Below the pieces are notes generated by a model. It saw only the letters and a list, made by a program, of their open reading frames with translations, was not told where the DNA came from and searched no databases. Shown here one piece after another: positions 10,020-22,076 of a stretch of DNA of 42,799 nucleotides. The stretch covers positions 21,914,655 to 21,957,453 of the forward strand of contig NC_069003.1 of the NCBI RefSeq assembly GCF_001194135.2. The letters run 5' to 3'. The stretch's first letter is position 1. Each line of letters opens with the position of its first letter. This DNA comes from Octopus bimaculoides. Its lineage: Eukaryota. Position numbers and translations under genes: made by a program.

Positions 10020-10960
10020 GGGTGGTGAGATAGAATAATCATTAGGGCATCAGTGCATTTAATTCATTGGACAAAATGCTGCTAAGTATTTTGTCTGCCT
10101 TTACACAGGGTGTTCCAGAGGTCTTGGGCACATTTTGACATTGAATATTTCGAAAACTATTAAGGACATAAAAACGCATCTGATATATTCTGAAAGCTTG
10201 CAATTTCAAGTTTTTTTTTATGGAATGTTCAAAGATGTTCAATGTTCAATCAAATCTGCCATCTTCCAGCTTCTCTTGCATTGCAATGCAATAGTCATGA
10301 CAAGCTGGTTCATCAGTGTCCTGCAACTGTGGGACTAACTGTAGCTTGTAAGGTGTCATCTGCAGTCGTCTTTTTAAGATACGCCAAACAGTTGTTGTAG
10401 GAAGCTGAAGTTCCCTACTGGCTCTTCTGATCGATTTACAGGGGCTCCGCTCGAAGGCAGTTCAAACTTGCTCAACTGTATCCTCTGAAGTTGAGGGGCA
10501 TCCCGTTCTCTTAGCTTGGCACAAACACCCATCCTTCATGAATTTACCATGCCATCTCAATATGGACTTCCTTTCTGGTGCCTCTTTTCAGAATTTTGTG
10601 TGAAATGCACATTGAACAAGTGTCCATGATTCAGTTTTTGCAAATTCAAGGACGCAAAACGCCTTTTCTGCTTGAGTGAACGCCATTACTGGATCTGAAA
10701 AAATATGAAAATATCATTAGCATTACAAAAAACTTAATGAATTTAGCTTTAAAATGGTACCAGTTTTATCTTACTACCAATCATAGTCCATCAGATATGA
10801 GGACTTGAAATGTGCCCAAGACTTCTGGAACACCCTGTATTCTGAATTCAATTTTTGCTGAGGTCGACTTCACCTTTCATCCTCTCTGAGGTCAAGAAAA
10901 TAAGTACCAGTTGTGCACTGGAGTCAATGTAATTGAACGGCTCCCTCTCCAAAATTTTAC
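10020..10960 (+). mobile_element. SINE family B copy split by a Tc1/mariner insertion
   Basis: 5' part ends GTCTGCCTTTACA (10105); 3' part resumes TATTCTGAATTCAA...GAGGTCGACTTCACCTTTCATCC (10838 onward). Confidence 0.75.
10106..10837 (-). mobile_element. Tc1/mariner-superfamily element, internally deleted (HTH region only)
   Basis: ~28-bp TIRs CAGGGTGTTCCAGA(G/A)GTCTTGGGCACATTT; TA on the right, CA on the left. Minus strand 10686-10246 reads MAFTQAEKAFCVLEFAKTESWTLVQCAFHTKF*KEAPERKSILRWHGKF...RSPCKSIRRASRELQLPTTTVWRILKRRLQMTPYKLQLV. Catalytic domain absent. Confidence 0.92.
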
Positions 10961-11018
10961 TGGAGTTCCAAGATGGGAAAAAAGGAGGGAGGATCCTCAA
11001 ACAGCAGATGAGATATTA

Positions 11019-11310
11019 TGTGGAAAAATGGGACTGAGGTAAAATGTGGGTTTATGGGATTGAGACAAAATGTGGGTTTATGGGATTGAGGTATAATGTG
11101 GAAATATGGGACTGAGGTAAAAATGTGGGTTTATAAAATTGAGACAAAATATGGGTTTATGGGACTGAGCTATAATGTGGAAATATGGGACTGAGGTAAA
11201 ATGTGGGTTTATGGGATTGAGGTAAAAATGTAGGATTATGGAATTACAGTAAAATGTGGGATAATGGAATTTAGGTACAAATGTGAGAGTGTAGGATTGA
11301 AGTAAAATGT
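11019..11310. repeat. 26-bp minisatellite, ~11 units, with 3-unit higher-order pattern
   Basis: Consensus TGTGGGTTTATGGGATTGAGGTAAAA. Confidence 0.92.
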
Positions 11311-11494
11311 TAGACAGAAGTAGAAAATGCATTAAAGATTCATAGACAGTCAACAAGTGGCCACCAGGTATGAAGTATATTTCTGACCCTTTGGGGTAAA
11401 GGAAAGCAAAAATTTAATCTATGCATGAGGTTTTTCCTCTTTTCTTTTCGTCATGTTCAAATACATGAGGTGACCGATTTAAGACTAGGAGTGG

Positions 11495-11558
11495 CAGTGA
11501 TGATGGGAGTAATAACAGCAGCGGTGGCGGCGGTGGTGGTAGTAGTAGTAGTAGTAGT

Positions 11559-11592
<34 letters not shown>

Positions 11593-11600
11593 CTGTTGTT
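11495..11600. repeat. Trinucleotide tract (GTG/GTA/GCA)n
   Basis: Directly visible. Confidence 0.9.
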
Positions 11601-11974
11601 GCTTTGTTATTTGAGCAACCAACACACCAACAGTCCCAATAATTGACAAAAATCTGGTGGTTTTTTATAAGGACGGGGGGTGGGGAATGGGGATAGCTGA
11701 GGATTCTTTTAAACCCAAAACTATTAAATTACAGACATTAACACAATAATTCTTCCAGATCTCTTGTATTATCAAAACCAATTTTTGGTTCTGTCCTTCA
11801 CCCTCACCAAACCTTTTTCATCCACACACATATTATATTCACAGAAACAGATTTCGGTCTGTGGGAACCAAATATTCACAAGATCAGAAGAGAAATTTCT
11901 ACAGTGGAACTAAACTAAGAAGAACTATTTTCTCATCACACTGCCCAATTAGGGGATTTTATAAAACATACCAG

Positions 11975-11975
11975 G

Positions 11976-12006
<31 letters not shown>

Positions 12007-12040
12007 TACGCACTCACACATATATTTATAATGTACTATG

Positions 12041-12089
<49 letters not shown>

Positions 12090-12205
12090 TATCATCATGA
12101 TCTGATCATGATCATTTAACATTCACATACTGGAAATGCATATATATATATATATATACACACATAGACAATATATATATATATATATATGTATATATAT
12201 GTGTG

Positions 12206-12294
<89 letters not shown>

Positions 12295-12300
12295 TTATGC
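11975..12300. repeat. Compound (CA)n/(TA)n/(TG)n microsatellite
   Basis: Directly visible. Confidence 0.95.
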
Positions 12301-12471
12301 AATATACATATGAGTACGCATATGTAAGTTTATAGGTGTGTATGTGAGCTTGTGTGTGAGTATGTTTATGTTGCACGCACATATTTATACTGAGAGATTT
12401 GAGGATAGAAACATTTAAGCTATATGAACAAATATACATACAAACACCAAACACACACACACATGTCAGCA

Positions 12472-12705
12472 TTTAACATCCACTTTCCCAACCTTGCATG
12501 GGTTGAATGCAATTTATTTGAGGCACGATTTCTACAACCAAACGCCTTTCCTGTCACCAACCTCCACATGGTTCCATGCAAGGCAATATTTCCCTATGAC
12601 CAGATGGCAAAACGTGTTTCTCAGGAATGACCGGAAATAAACCACACCACTTGTGTGATGGTGGTACTTGTTTACAATCATCATATGACGACAAGACAAG
12701 AGCAC
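12472..12705 (-). mobile_element. Family D-related retro-element tail
   Basis: TTTAACATCCACTTTCCCAACCTTGCATGGG... matches 515-750 and the D tails. Confidence 0.65.
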
Positions 12706-12718
12706 CCATACACACATA

Positions 12719-13095
12719 TTTTACTTGTTGCAGTCATTAGACTGTGGCCATGCTGGGGCACTACACTGTAGAATTTTTAGTTGAATAAATTGATCCCAGT
12801 ACTTATATATGTATATATATATGCATATTTTTTTTAAGACTGGTACTTATTGTATCAGTCTTTTTTGCTGAATTACTGATTTATGAGGATGTAAACACAC
12901 CAACACCAGTTGTCAAGCAATGGCAGGGGACAAACACACACACATACACACATTTTCACACACACACACATTCTCACACACACACACATTCTCACACACA
13001 CACACACATTCTCACACACACACATAATCACACACATACATACTCACACACACACATACATACTTACACATTCACACACACACACACATACATAC
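12719..13095 (-). mobile_element. SINE family A 3' half plus its CA-rich microsatellite
   Basis: TTTTACTTGTTGCAGTCATTAGACTGTGGCCATGCTGG...ACACCAGTTGTCAAGCA, then a CA/CT tract. Confidence 0.75.
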
Positions 13096-13454
13096 AATGT
13101 GGTAAGGTTTCAACAAGTAGAAAATCACTTGACCAGCTAAGAGAAGCAAACGGTCTTGTTCTTAGTTTGAAAAATGGCAAAATAAGTTATTTCAACCCGG
13201 TAATCCTGGGTAGCTGTATTTAACAATAGCTGTATTTGTGGTTTTTGATTGTAACATTATAAACAGCAAAATCCATACCTGGACTCAAACTGCATTCACT
13301 CATCCATTGTAACTACATGCAACTTCTTTGTTCTGTTCTTTTAAAAGTTGTTTTCTATTTTCCCTCTTTTTTCTTTCTTCTTTAACTTAGTCTTCTCCTT
13401 CAAACACTTATACATCAAAAGTGACAAAAGCGACCATCATATATGTGTCAGACA

Positions 13455-13841
13455 GTGTTGTTGGCACTTCGTCACTTACGACATCGAGGGTTCCAGTTGA
13501 TCCGATCAACGGAACAGCCTGCTCGTGAAATTAATGTGCAAGTGGCTGAGCACTCCACAGATACGTGTACCCTTAACGTAGTTCTCGGGGATATTCAGCG
13601 TGACACAGTGTGACAAGGCTGACCCTTTGAATTACAGGTACAACAGAAACAGGAAGTAAGAATGAGAGAAAGTTGTGGTGAAAGAGTACAGCAGGGTTCG
13701 CCACCATCTCCTGACGGAGCCTCGTGGAGCTTTTAGGTGTTTTCGCTCAATAAACACTCACAACGCCCGATCTGAGAATCGAAACCGCGATCCTATGACC
13801 GCGAGTCCGCTGCCCTAACCACTGGGCCATTGCGCCTCCAC
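13455..13841 (-). mobile_element. tRNA-derived SINE family C, full-length, young, with 9-bp TSD
   Basis: TSD TGTCAGACA at 13446-13454 and 13842-13850. A-box TGGCCCAGTGG (13829-13819), B-box GGTTTCGATTC (13786-13776). Near-identical to 21228-21614. Confidence 0.95.
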
Positions 13842-14019
13842 TGTCAGACAATATGATGTCTACATCTAGCATATTGGATGTCCACTTAGTGGTCATACTT
13901 CTTATATGTATGTAATATAATTTTTCTGAATTTTCACATTTTTTCTATATGCTAGGCCACTGGTTTAAATTGATATTAATCAAATTAATATTCAATTTTT
14001 TTACCTTTATCATTTAAAT

Positions 14020-15390
14020 TTATATATATGTGTATGTATATATNNNNNNNNNNNNNNNNNNNNNNNNNNNNNNNNNNNNNNNNNNNNNNNNNNNNNNNNN
14101 NNNNNNNNNNNNNNNNNNNNNNNNNNNNNNNNNNNNNNNNNNNNNNNNNNNNNNNNNNNNNNNNNNNNNNNNNNNNNNNNNNNNNNNNNNNNNNNNNNNN
14201 NNNNNNNNNNNNNNNNNNNNNNNNNNNNNNNNNNNNNNNNNNNNNNNNNNNNNNNNNNNNNNNNNNNNNNNNNNNNNNNNNNNNNNNNNNNNNNNNNNNN
14301 NNNNNNNNNNNNNNNNNNNNNNNNNNNNNNNNNNNNNNNNNNNNNNNNNNNNNNNNNNNNNNNNNNNNNNNNNNNNNNNNNNNNNNNNNNNNNNNNNNNN
14401 NNNNNNNNNNNNNNNNNNNNNNNNNNNNNNNNNNNNNNNNNNNNNNNNNNNNNNNNNNNNNNNNNNNNNNNNNNNNNNNNNNNNNNNNNNNNNNNNNNNN
14501 NNNNNNNNNNNNNNNNNNNNNNNNNNNNNNNNNNNNNNNNNNNNNNNNNNNNNNNNNNNNNNNNNNNNNNNNNNNNNNNNNNNNNNNNNNNNNNNNNNNN
14601 NNNNNNNNNNNNNNNNNNNNNNNNNNNNNNNNNNNNNNNNNNNNNNNNNNNNNNNNNNNNNNNNNNNNNNNNNNNNNNNNNNNNNNNNNNNNNNNNNNNN
14701 NNNNNNNNNNNNNNNNNNNNNNNNNNNNNNNNNNNNNNNNNNNNNNNNNNNNNNNNNNNNNNNNNNNNNNNNNNNNNNNNNNNNNNNNNNNNNNNNNNNN
14801 NNNNNNNNNNNNNNNNNNNNNNNNNNNNNNNNNNNNNNNNNNNNNNNNNNNNNNNNNNNNNNNNNNNNNNNNNNNNNNNNNNNNNNNNNNNNNNNNNNNN
14901 NNNNNNNNNNNNNNNNNNNNNNNNNNNNNNNNNNNNNNNNNNNNNNNNNNNNNNNNNNNNACATACATACACACATATACATACACATATACATACTTAC
15001 ATACACACATGCATACATATATATATATATATGCATACATACATACACACACATACATATATACACATACACATATGCATACATACATACACACATAGAT
15101 ACACACACATACATACACACATACATACACAAATACACACACACATACATACACATATACATACATACATACATACATACATACATACATAATACATGAA
15201 TCATACACATACATACATACACACACATAGATACACACTTACATACATACACATGTACACACATACATACATACATACATACACATACATACATACATAC
15301 ATGCATGCACACACATAAATACATACATACACACACATACATACATATACATACATACATACATACACAAATACATATATACGCACATAT
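14020..15390. repeat. (CATA/CA/TA)n microsatellite containing an assembly gap (14044-14960)
   Basis: Directly visible. Confidence 0.95.
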
Positions 15391-15712
15391 ATACCTATGT
15401 AGTTTGACCTTTCAAAAGTAAAAAACACAACCAAAATAATTGACATCACTTTACTAAACGGTCTTCTCTCATTTTCTCATATACAAACTAATAATGTCTG
15501 TCTGTGTGTCTGATATGAGCACAAGGCAGTAGGTTTTGGGGATTATGTGACAGTCATGCATTTTTGTTTTGTTTTTTCTCCAGGCCATTAAGGTTACACA
15601 ATCTATTTTGTTTCATTCCACAATCAAATGAAAATTGAGTTGTTGATTCAGTTTGCTCAGATTTTATCAAGGTTATGATATTCAAAACCAGAAGTAAATG
15701 TGAAAGTCATAC

Positions 15713-15757
15713 CAGTTATCTTCAGAGCATTGGGTTCAATCCCTAGCCAAGTTCCAC
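15713..15757 (-). CDS. Candidate exon (GGTWLGIEPNALKIT), phase 1-1
   Basis: ATAAATTTCAG| 45 nt open |GTATGA, with an in-frame stop just upstream of the acceptor. Lies in a non-repetitive island. Confidence 0.3.
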
Positions 15758-15941
15758 CTGAAATTTATGGACATCAGAGCAAACATTTGAGTGCTGCAAA
15801 TATCTGCCAAATTTGGATCAATTCATATTCTTAGAAAAGCATTTTCTGTCTAAGGTCCATTTGGCAAGGTTTAAAAAAAAAAAAAAACAAGAATAAAAGC
15901 AACAAAAACCAGTATTTTTATTTCCAAACTATACAGTGAAA

Positions 15942-15986
<45 letters not shown>

Positions 15987-15995
15987 GATGATGAT

Positions 15996-16983
15996 AACTA
16001 GCAACTATAGGCCAATTACTTGCTTACCATTAGTGTGGAAGCTGATAACAGGAATACTTCCAGAAAGTTTTTATGAGTACCTTGACAACCAGAATTTACT
16101 ACCAGAAGAACAGAAAGGTTGCAAGAAGAAGGCTAGAGGAGCGCATGATCTATTATACATAGACAAAGCAGTTCTAAATGAAGTAAAATCTAGAAAGAAA
16201 AATCTAACAATAGCATGGATAGATTATAGGAAAGCCTATGACATGATCCCACACTCATGGATAAGTTAATGTCAGAGTATATTCAGTATAGCAGACAATG
16301 TAAGAGAATTAATTAGCTTTAGCATGAAGAAATGGAAAGCAGATCTCTACTCAGATGACACGCTCTTAGGGAAAGTTAATATTGAAAGAGAAATTTTACA
16401 GGGGTACTCGTTGTTGCCTTTAATATTTGTCTTATGTTTGATCCCCCTCAGTTTAGTATTAAGGAAGGCAAAGGCAGGGCACCAGTTCAGAAATAATAAG
16501 GGAAAAATTAACCATTTGCCCTACATGAATGATCTGAAGCTTTTTAATAAGAATGAAAAAGAGATAGATTCTTTAATACAGACTGTAAGACTATTCAGCA
16601 AAGATATAGACACAGAATTTGGCATAGAAAAGTGTGCAATATTAGTCATGAGAAGGGGACAGGTAGTCAACAGAGAAGGCATCTAATTACCAGATGGCCA
16701 GACATTAAAATCATTGAGAGGAGAAGAGAGTTATAAGTATCTAGGAGTATTAGAATCTGACAAGAGTACTAACTATAGAAATGAAAACGAAAATTGAGGA
16801 GTACAACAGAAGGGTGAGGAAGCTAATGAAGTCAAAGCTAAATGGTCTGAATCTAGTGAAGGTTGTAAATACTTGGGCAGTATCATTACTTAGATACTCA
16901 GCAGCTTTTGTAAATAGGACAAAAACTGAATTAACAAAGCTATGAATGGAGAACTCCACCCGAGGGCAGGAGTAGCAAGATTT
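15996..16983 (+). mobile_element. R4/Dong-like non-LTR retrotransposon RT fragment, decayed
   Basis: NYRPITCLP..LLPEEQKGC..WIDYRKAYDMIPHSWI..LQGYSLLPLIF..YMNDLKLF (YMDD mutated, 16522-33)..FGIEKC..YKYLG..MNGELHPR. In-frame stops at 16267 and 16684. Begins directly after (GAT)n at 15942-15995. Confidence 0.9.
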
Positions 16984-17280
16984 GCTCAATTAAAGGCGGT
17001 GCTCCAGCATGGCCGCAGTCAAATGACTGAAACAAGTAAAAGAGAGTAAAAAGAGAGTATAATAATAATCCTTTCTATTATAGGCACAAGGCCTGAAATT
17101 TGGGGGAGGGGGATAATTGATTACATCAACTCCAGTACATAACTGGTACTTAGTTTATCAACACCAAAAGGATGAAAGGCAAAGTCAACCTCGGCAGAAT
17201 TTGAACTCAGAATGTAGCGTTGGGCGAAATACCGCTAAGCATTTCATCCAGCGTGCTAACAATTCTGCCAGTTTGCCATC

Positions 17281-17281
<1 letters not shown>
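16984..17281. mobile_element. SINE A 3' fragment (+, 16984-17058) tail-to-tail with SINE B (-, 17068-17281)
   Basis: Matches to the family A tail and to family B in reverse complement. Confidence 0.85.
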
Positions 17282-17316
<35 letters not shown>

Positions 17317-17454
17317 TCAAAATTAAAAGAAGAGTGCCATTGTTATCTAGTGAAAGATATTTTGACATCTTGTGTGTCTTCAACTGGTTCAAAAAATAAA
17401 TTTGTCAATCTACTTCATTTTGACTCTATATCTTCAGGAGGAGTTACTTTCTAT

Positions 17455-17489
<35 letters not shown>

Positions 17490-17544
17490 TAATAATAATA
17501 GTAATAATAATAATGAACTCTTCTGTCAAAGACAATATATGTTC

Positions 17545-18086
17545 AGCTTTTGCTGAATGACCTGCACAAAGGGTTTGTTTATAATGATCAAATGTATGTG
17601 CTGCACATTAGCTCACTCTCTCCGTCAAATTGACATTTCCTGGACAGGTGCGTGGTGTACCACACATCAGGTGTTGAAGTGATTGCAGAGTAATGCGAGA
17701 TGAAGTGTTTTGCTTAAGAACACAACACACCATCATCATCATCATCGTTTAACGTCCGCTTTCCATGCTAGCATGGGTTGGACGATTTGACTGAGGACTG
17801 GTGAAACCGGATGGCAACACCAGGCTCCAATCTAATTTGGCAGAGTTTCTACAGCTGGATGCCTTTCCTAATGCCAACCACTCAGAGAGTGTAGTGGGTG
17901 CTTTTACGTGTCACCTGCACGAGGGCCAGTCAGGCGGTAGTGGCAACGGCCATGCTCAAAATGGTGTCTTTTATGTGCCACCCGCACAAGAGCCAGTCCA
18001 GGGGCACTGGCAATGATCTCGCTCGAAGAAACCACAATCTTTCAATCATGCATGCAACAGCCTAACCACTAGGCCATGTGCCCTAC
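17545..18086 (-). mobile_element. SINE family E (C-related head) interrupted by a family D insertion at 17731-18027
   Basis: E sequence ...AAGAACACAACACAC resumes at 18028 as GAAACCACAATC...CCTAACCACTAGGCCATGTGCCC. The insert begins (CAT)nCGTTTAACGTCCGCTTTCCATGCTAGCATGGG. Confidence 0.75.
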
Positions 18087-18219
18087 AATGTAGGTGTATT
18101 GAAAAAATCAGCTTTACTTGGAATTGCACACATACTGCATAAAATACTGTCAATCTGAGGTCCTTGTTGTGACTTGACACACAGTACAAACCCCTGGTAC
18201 ACACAATATTGGATACTGT

Positions 18220-18283
<64 letters not shown>

Positions 18284-18292
18284 TAATAATAA
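18087..18292 (+). mobile_element. 3' end of an R4/Dong-like LINE with (TAA)n tail
   Basis: GVLKKSALLGIAHILHKILSI* resembles the LQK..LLGTAHILRKVL* C-terminus of this clade. Short 3' UTR, then (TAA)n at ~18221-18292. Confidence 0.7.
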
Positions 18293-18490
18293 TCCTTTCT
18301 AGTATAGGCACAAGGCCTGAAATTTGGAGGGAGGAGATAAATCGATTACATCAATCCCCAGTGTTTCACTGGTACTTAATTTATCAATCCCACAAGGATG
18401 AAAGGCAAAGTCAACCTCGGTGGAATTTGAACTCAGAACATTAAAACTGATGAAATGTCACTGAGCATTTTTCCTGCCAGCTTGCTGCCT

Positions 18491-18523
<33 letters not shown>

Positions 18524-18735
18524 TTAAAAATGGCTTCAAATTTTGGCACAAGACCAGCAATTTTGTGGGTGGGGGTAAGTCCCAGTAATCGACTGGTACT
18601 TATTTTATTAACTCCAAAGGATAAAATGCAAAGTCGACCTCAGTGGAATTTGATCTCAGAATGTAATAAAGATTTACGAAATGCTACCTTAGCATTTTGC
18701 CTGATGTGCTAACAATTCTGCCAGCTCACCATCTT
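18291..18735 (-). mobile_element. Two SINE family B copies separated by (TAA)n
   Basis: GGATGAAAGGCAAAGTCAACCTCGG-type cores at ~18395 and ~18620. Confidence 0.85.
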
Positions 18736-19321
18736 GATAAAACTAAGAAAAAAAAAAAGAAAAAACAGCCTTAAAAACAAATAAATATACAATGAATAAT
18801 TTAAAGAGAAATAATTCCAACAGACATATTTGATGAAGGAATTAAAGCACAGCAGAAATCCTAAAGTTGTTAATATTTTAAAAAAATATGGTTATTAAAA
18901 CTTATTAAAGCTAAAAATACTAACGTATATATATATATATATATGTGTATGTATTGTTCAATATCTTCCTGTATTGTGCTGGTTTTAGACATTCCTCTTC
19001 TTTTTTGCTGTTTTCCTGTTTTCCAGATAATGAAACTGTCATGGCCGCTATTTGCAATTTTCACTCAAAACGTTTTGTTCATTCCCCCCCCCCTTTCTTT
19101 CAATTTCTATTGAAAGGATTTTTAAAAACTCTAGCTTTATGTATGTATTTATTTGTTTGTTTGTCTGTAGGAAACAGGGTTTTATTTTTCTATATTGAGA
19201 TTAGTTTATTTTTTATTTTTAAGTGTGAATTCATTTATTTAATGTAAATTCATTCTTTGAAAATAAAAAGGAAAAAAAAAAAAATCAACAAAAGGTGTGA
19301 AATGGATGCTTGTGTGAAATA

Positions 19322-19650
19322 AGTTATTCTTGTTATTGTTGTTATCCATCATGTCGTTGTTGTTATTATTGTTGTTATTGCTGTTGTCATTAATGTTGTT
19401 CCGAATATTTTGTTGTTGTTATTGATCCGGCCATTGTTATTTTGTTGTTGATGTTATTGTTCCAGCAGTTGGCTGTCATTGCTTATGTTATTGTTGTTGT
19501 TATTGTTGTTATTAATGTTGTTTCTGCCCTTAATGTTGTTGTTACTGTTATTGTCATTAATGTTATTGTTATTTTGTTGTTGCTGTTATTTTATTGTTTT
19601 TGCTGTCGGCTGTCATTGCTTGTGCTGTTGTTGTTGTTGTTGTTGTTAGT
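19322..19650. repeat. Degenerate (GTT/ATT)n tract; a similar tract lies at 21645-21855
   Basis: Directly visible. Confidence 0.9.
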
Positions 19651-19659
19651 GCTGTCATA

Positions 19660-20808
19660 TGTGAGGTGTTTTTCTATGATGGTTGCGTTGAGTCGTTAGC
19701 TGTGTGTAAATGATAAACAACACTCACAAGCAATTAACAGAAGCTTTTATTTACTGTACAAAGTGTTTTCGGTGTTGGTCTTTGAATGAAGAATAAAAAA
19801 AAAACAATTTATAAACACTGAGTGAGACAAAACTCTGGGTTTTACAACAAATAACTGGTACATGTAGATCTGTTATTTTGCCATCACAACTAGAGAAATA
19901 TTATGCTAAATTCATAACAGTAAATCTGTATTTTCTATCTGTTTGGCTTGAGAATAAAAACATGAGTATGGAATTGTTGAAACAACTGTCTCGACATTCT
20001 GTATTTGCAAATGGCTGGAAAATGGAAACATGAGTATGGAGTTGTTGGAACAACTGTCTCGACATTCTGTATTTGGGAATGGCTGGAAAATGGAAACATG
20101 ANNNNNNNNNNNNNNNNNNNNNNNNNNNNNNNNNNNNNNNNNNNNNNNNNNNNNNNNNNNNNNNNNNNNNNNNNNNNNNNNNNNNNNNNNNNNNNNNNNN
20201 NNNNNNNNNNNNNNNNNNNNNNNNNNNNNNNNNNNNNNNNNNNNNNNNNNNNNNNNNNNNNNNNNNNNNNNNNNNNNNNNNNNNNNNNNNNNNNNNNNNN
20301 NNNNNNNNNNNNNNAATGGCTGGAAAATGGAAACATGAGTATGGAGTTGTTGGAACAACTGTCTCGACATTCTGTATCTGCAAATGGCTGGAAAATGGAA
20401 ACATGAGTATGGAATTGTTGGAACAACTGTCTCGACATTCTGTATTTGGGAATGGCTGGAAAATGGAAACATGAATATGGAGTTATTGGAACAACTGTCT
20501 CGACATTCTGTATCTGGGAATGGCTGGAAAATGGAAACATGAATATGGAGTTGTTGGAACAACTGTCTTGACATTCTGTGTCTGCAAATGGCTGGAGAAT
20601 GAAATGAGAATAGAGTTGTCATCACAATAGCCTTGGCATTCTGAAGTCACTTTTTTACAAGCCTCATTAAAAAGTTCTAGATAGTCAAATCACGTGATGG
20701 TTCAATGCTGATTGGTCAGTTAATCAGCTGATCGATCATGTGAAATGATTGTGAATAAGCTGAGATGTTTACTTGGCTATCCAGTGATTCAGTTTTGAAT
20801 CTGTTACA
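19660..20808 (-). mobile_element. Candidate solo LTR containing the 68-bp array
   Basis: Minus strand reads TGTAAC...CCAAT...[array]...TATAAA (~19810)...AATAAA (~19750)...CCTCACA. No TSD found. Partial diverged copies at ~21000-21168 and ~21884-22070. Confidence 0.35.
19950..20625. repeat. 68-bp minisatellite with internal palindrome, spanning a gap (20102-20314)
   Basis: Unit AATGGCTGGAAAATGGAAACATGAGTATGGAGTTGTTGGAACAACTGTCTCGACATTCTGTATTTGGG starts at 20010, 20078, 20315, 20383, 20451, 20519 and 20587. Confidence 0.97.
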
Positions 20809-21227
20809 TGTTGCTCCCTCCCAGTTCTTTTGCATTAGAATGTAAGAGAACAGAACTGTAATAATAAAGAAAAATGGAATTTATATAAAAAGAGAAAGAA
20901 AGACCAACAGAGATATAAAAAGAAAAAAATGCAGCAACATTTTTCAGCCATATTTCTTCTTTTTCTTTTTTCTTTTTCGCAATGAAAAGTTCATAGAAAA
21001 TGCAAAGTTCTACATGTCTTTTTCTTTTTGCCTGGAAGATTCTAGAAAGTCAAATTACATGATGGGTTGATGATGATTAGTCAGTTAATCAGGCTATCAT
21101 GTGAATTGACTGTGACTAAGTTGTGATGCTGACTCAGTTATCCAGCATTTCACTTTCAAATCTGCTACAGTGTTATCATTGTTCTATCATTATTGTTGCT
21201 GTCACTGCCCCAAATTTCAGGCCTTAT

Positions 21228-21614
21228 GTTGTTGGCACTCCGTCGCTTACGACGTCGAGGGTTCCAGTTGATCCGATCAATGGAACAGCCTGCTCGTGAA
21301 ATTAATGTGCAAGTGGTTGAGCACTCCACAGACACATGTACTCTTAACGTAGTTCTCAGGGATATTCAGCGCGACACAGAGTGTGACAAGGCTGACCCTT
21401 TGAATTACAGGCACAACAGAAACAGAAAGTAAGAGTGAGAGAAAGTTGTGGTGGAAGAGTACAGCAGGGTTCACCACCATCCCCTGCTGGAGCCTTGTGG
21501 AGCTTTAGGTGTTTTCGCTCAATAAACACTCACAACGCCTGGTCTGGGAATCGAAACCGCGATCCTATGACCACAAGTCCGCTGCCCTAACCACTGGGCC
21601 ATTGCGCCTCCACC
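21228..21614 (-). mobile_element. SINE family C, full-length, 10-bp TSD, inserted into a SINE B tail
   Basis: TSD CAGGCCTTAT at 21218-21227 and 21615-21624. The empty site reconstitutes CCCCAAATTTCAGGCCTTATACCTATAGTAGAAAG. Confidence 0.95.
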
Positions 21615-22076
21615 CAGGCCTTATACCTATAGTAGAAAGAATTACTTTGCTGCTGTTGTTGTTGTTGTAATTGCTGTTGTTTTTGTTCTTGTTGTTGTTG
21701 CTATTGCTCTTGCGGTTACTATTATTATTCTAATCATCATTCTGTCATTCTTGTTATTGTTATTGTTGCTAGTGTTGTTGTTGTCATTAGTGCTGTCATC
21801 GTTCTACCATCATTGCTGCTGTTGTTGTTGTTGTTGTTGTTTTTGTTATTGCTGAATCTGCCATGAGATGGTTACCAGTTATCATGTAGGCCATCGAATG
21901 AATGATGTGGAGGTGATGGTCGGTTGAGCTGGTTTCTGGCTGCGATTATATGATGCATAACACTTGTAAACAATTAACAGAATCTTTATTCATCACACAA
22001 AATATTTATCATGTTGATCTTGAAATAATAATACAACAACAAAGCATACAGACAGGAAAAGACAATTCTGTAGTTA

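Noticed and set aside
13770-13841. tRNA gene (A/B boxes), also at 21540-21613
   Set aside because: Head of a TSD-flanked SINE; no complete cloverleaf or oligo-T terminator evident.
13985-15449. Long ORFs rich in X, or in YI/CV/HT repeats (also 27000-28200, 34000-36200, 38900-39460, 41700-42230)
   Set aside because: Translations of N gaps and dinucleotide microsatellites.
15560-15670. Strong plus-strand acceptor TTTTTTCTCCAG
   Set aside because: All three frames stop within ~55 nt, before a convincing donor.
19950-20625. Palindromic repeats resembling a CRISPR array; ORFs across them
   Set aside because: No unique spacers (the whole 68-bp unit repeats), no cas genes, eukaryotic context. 68 is not a multiple of 3.
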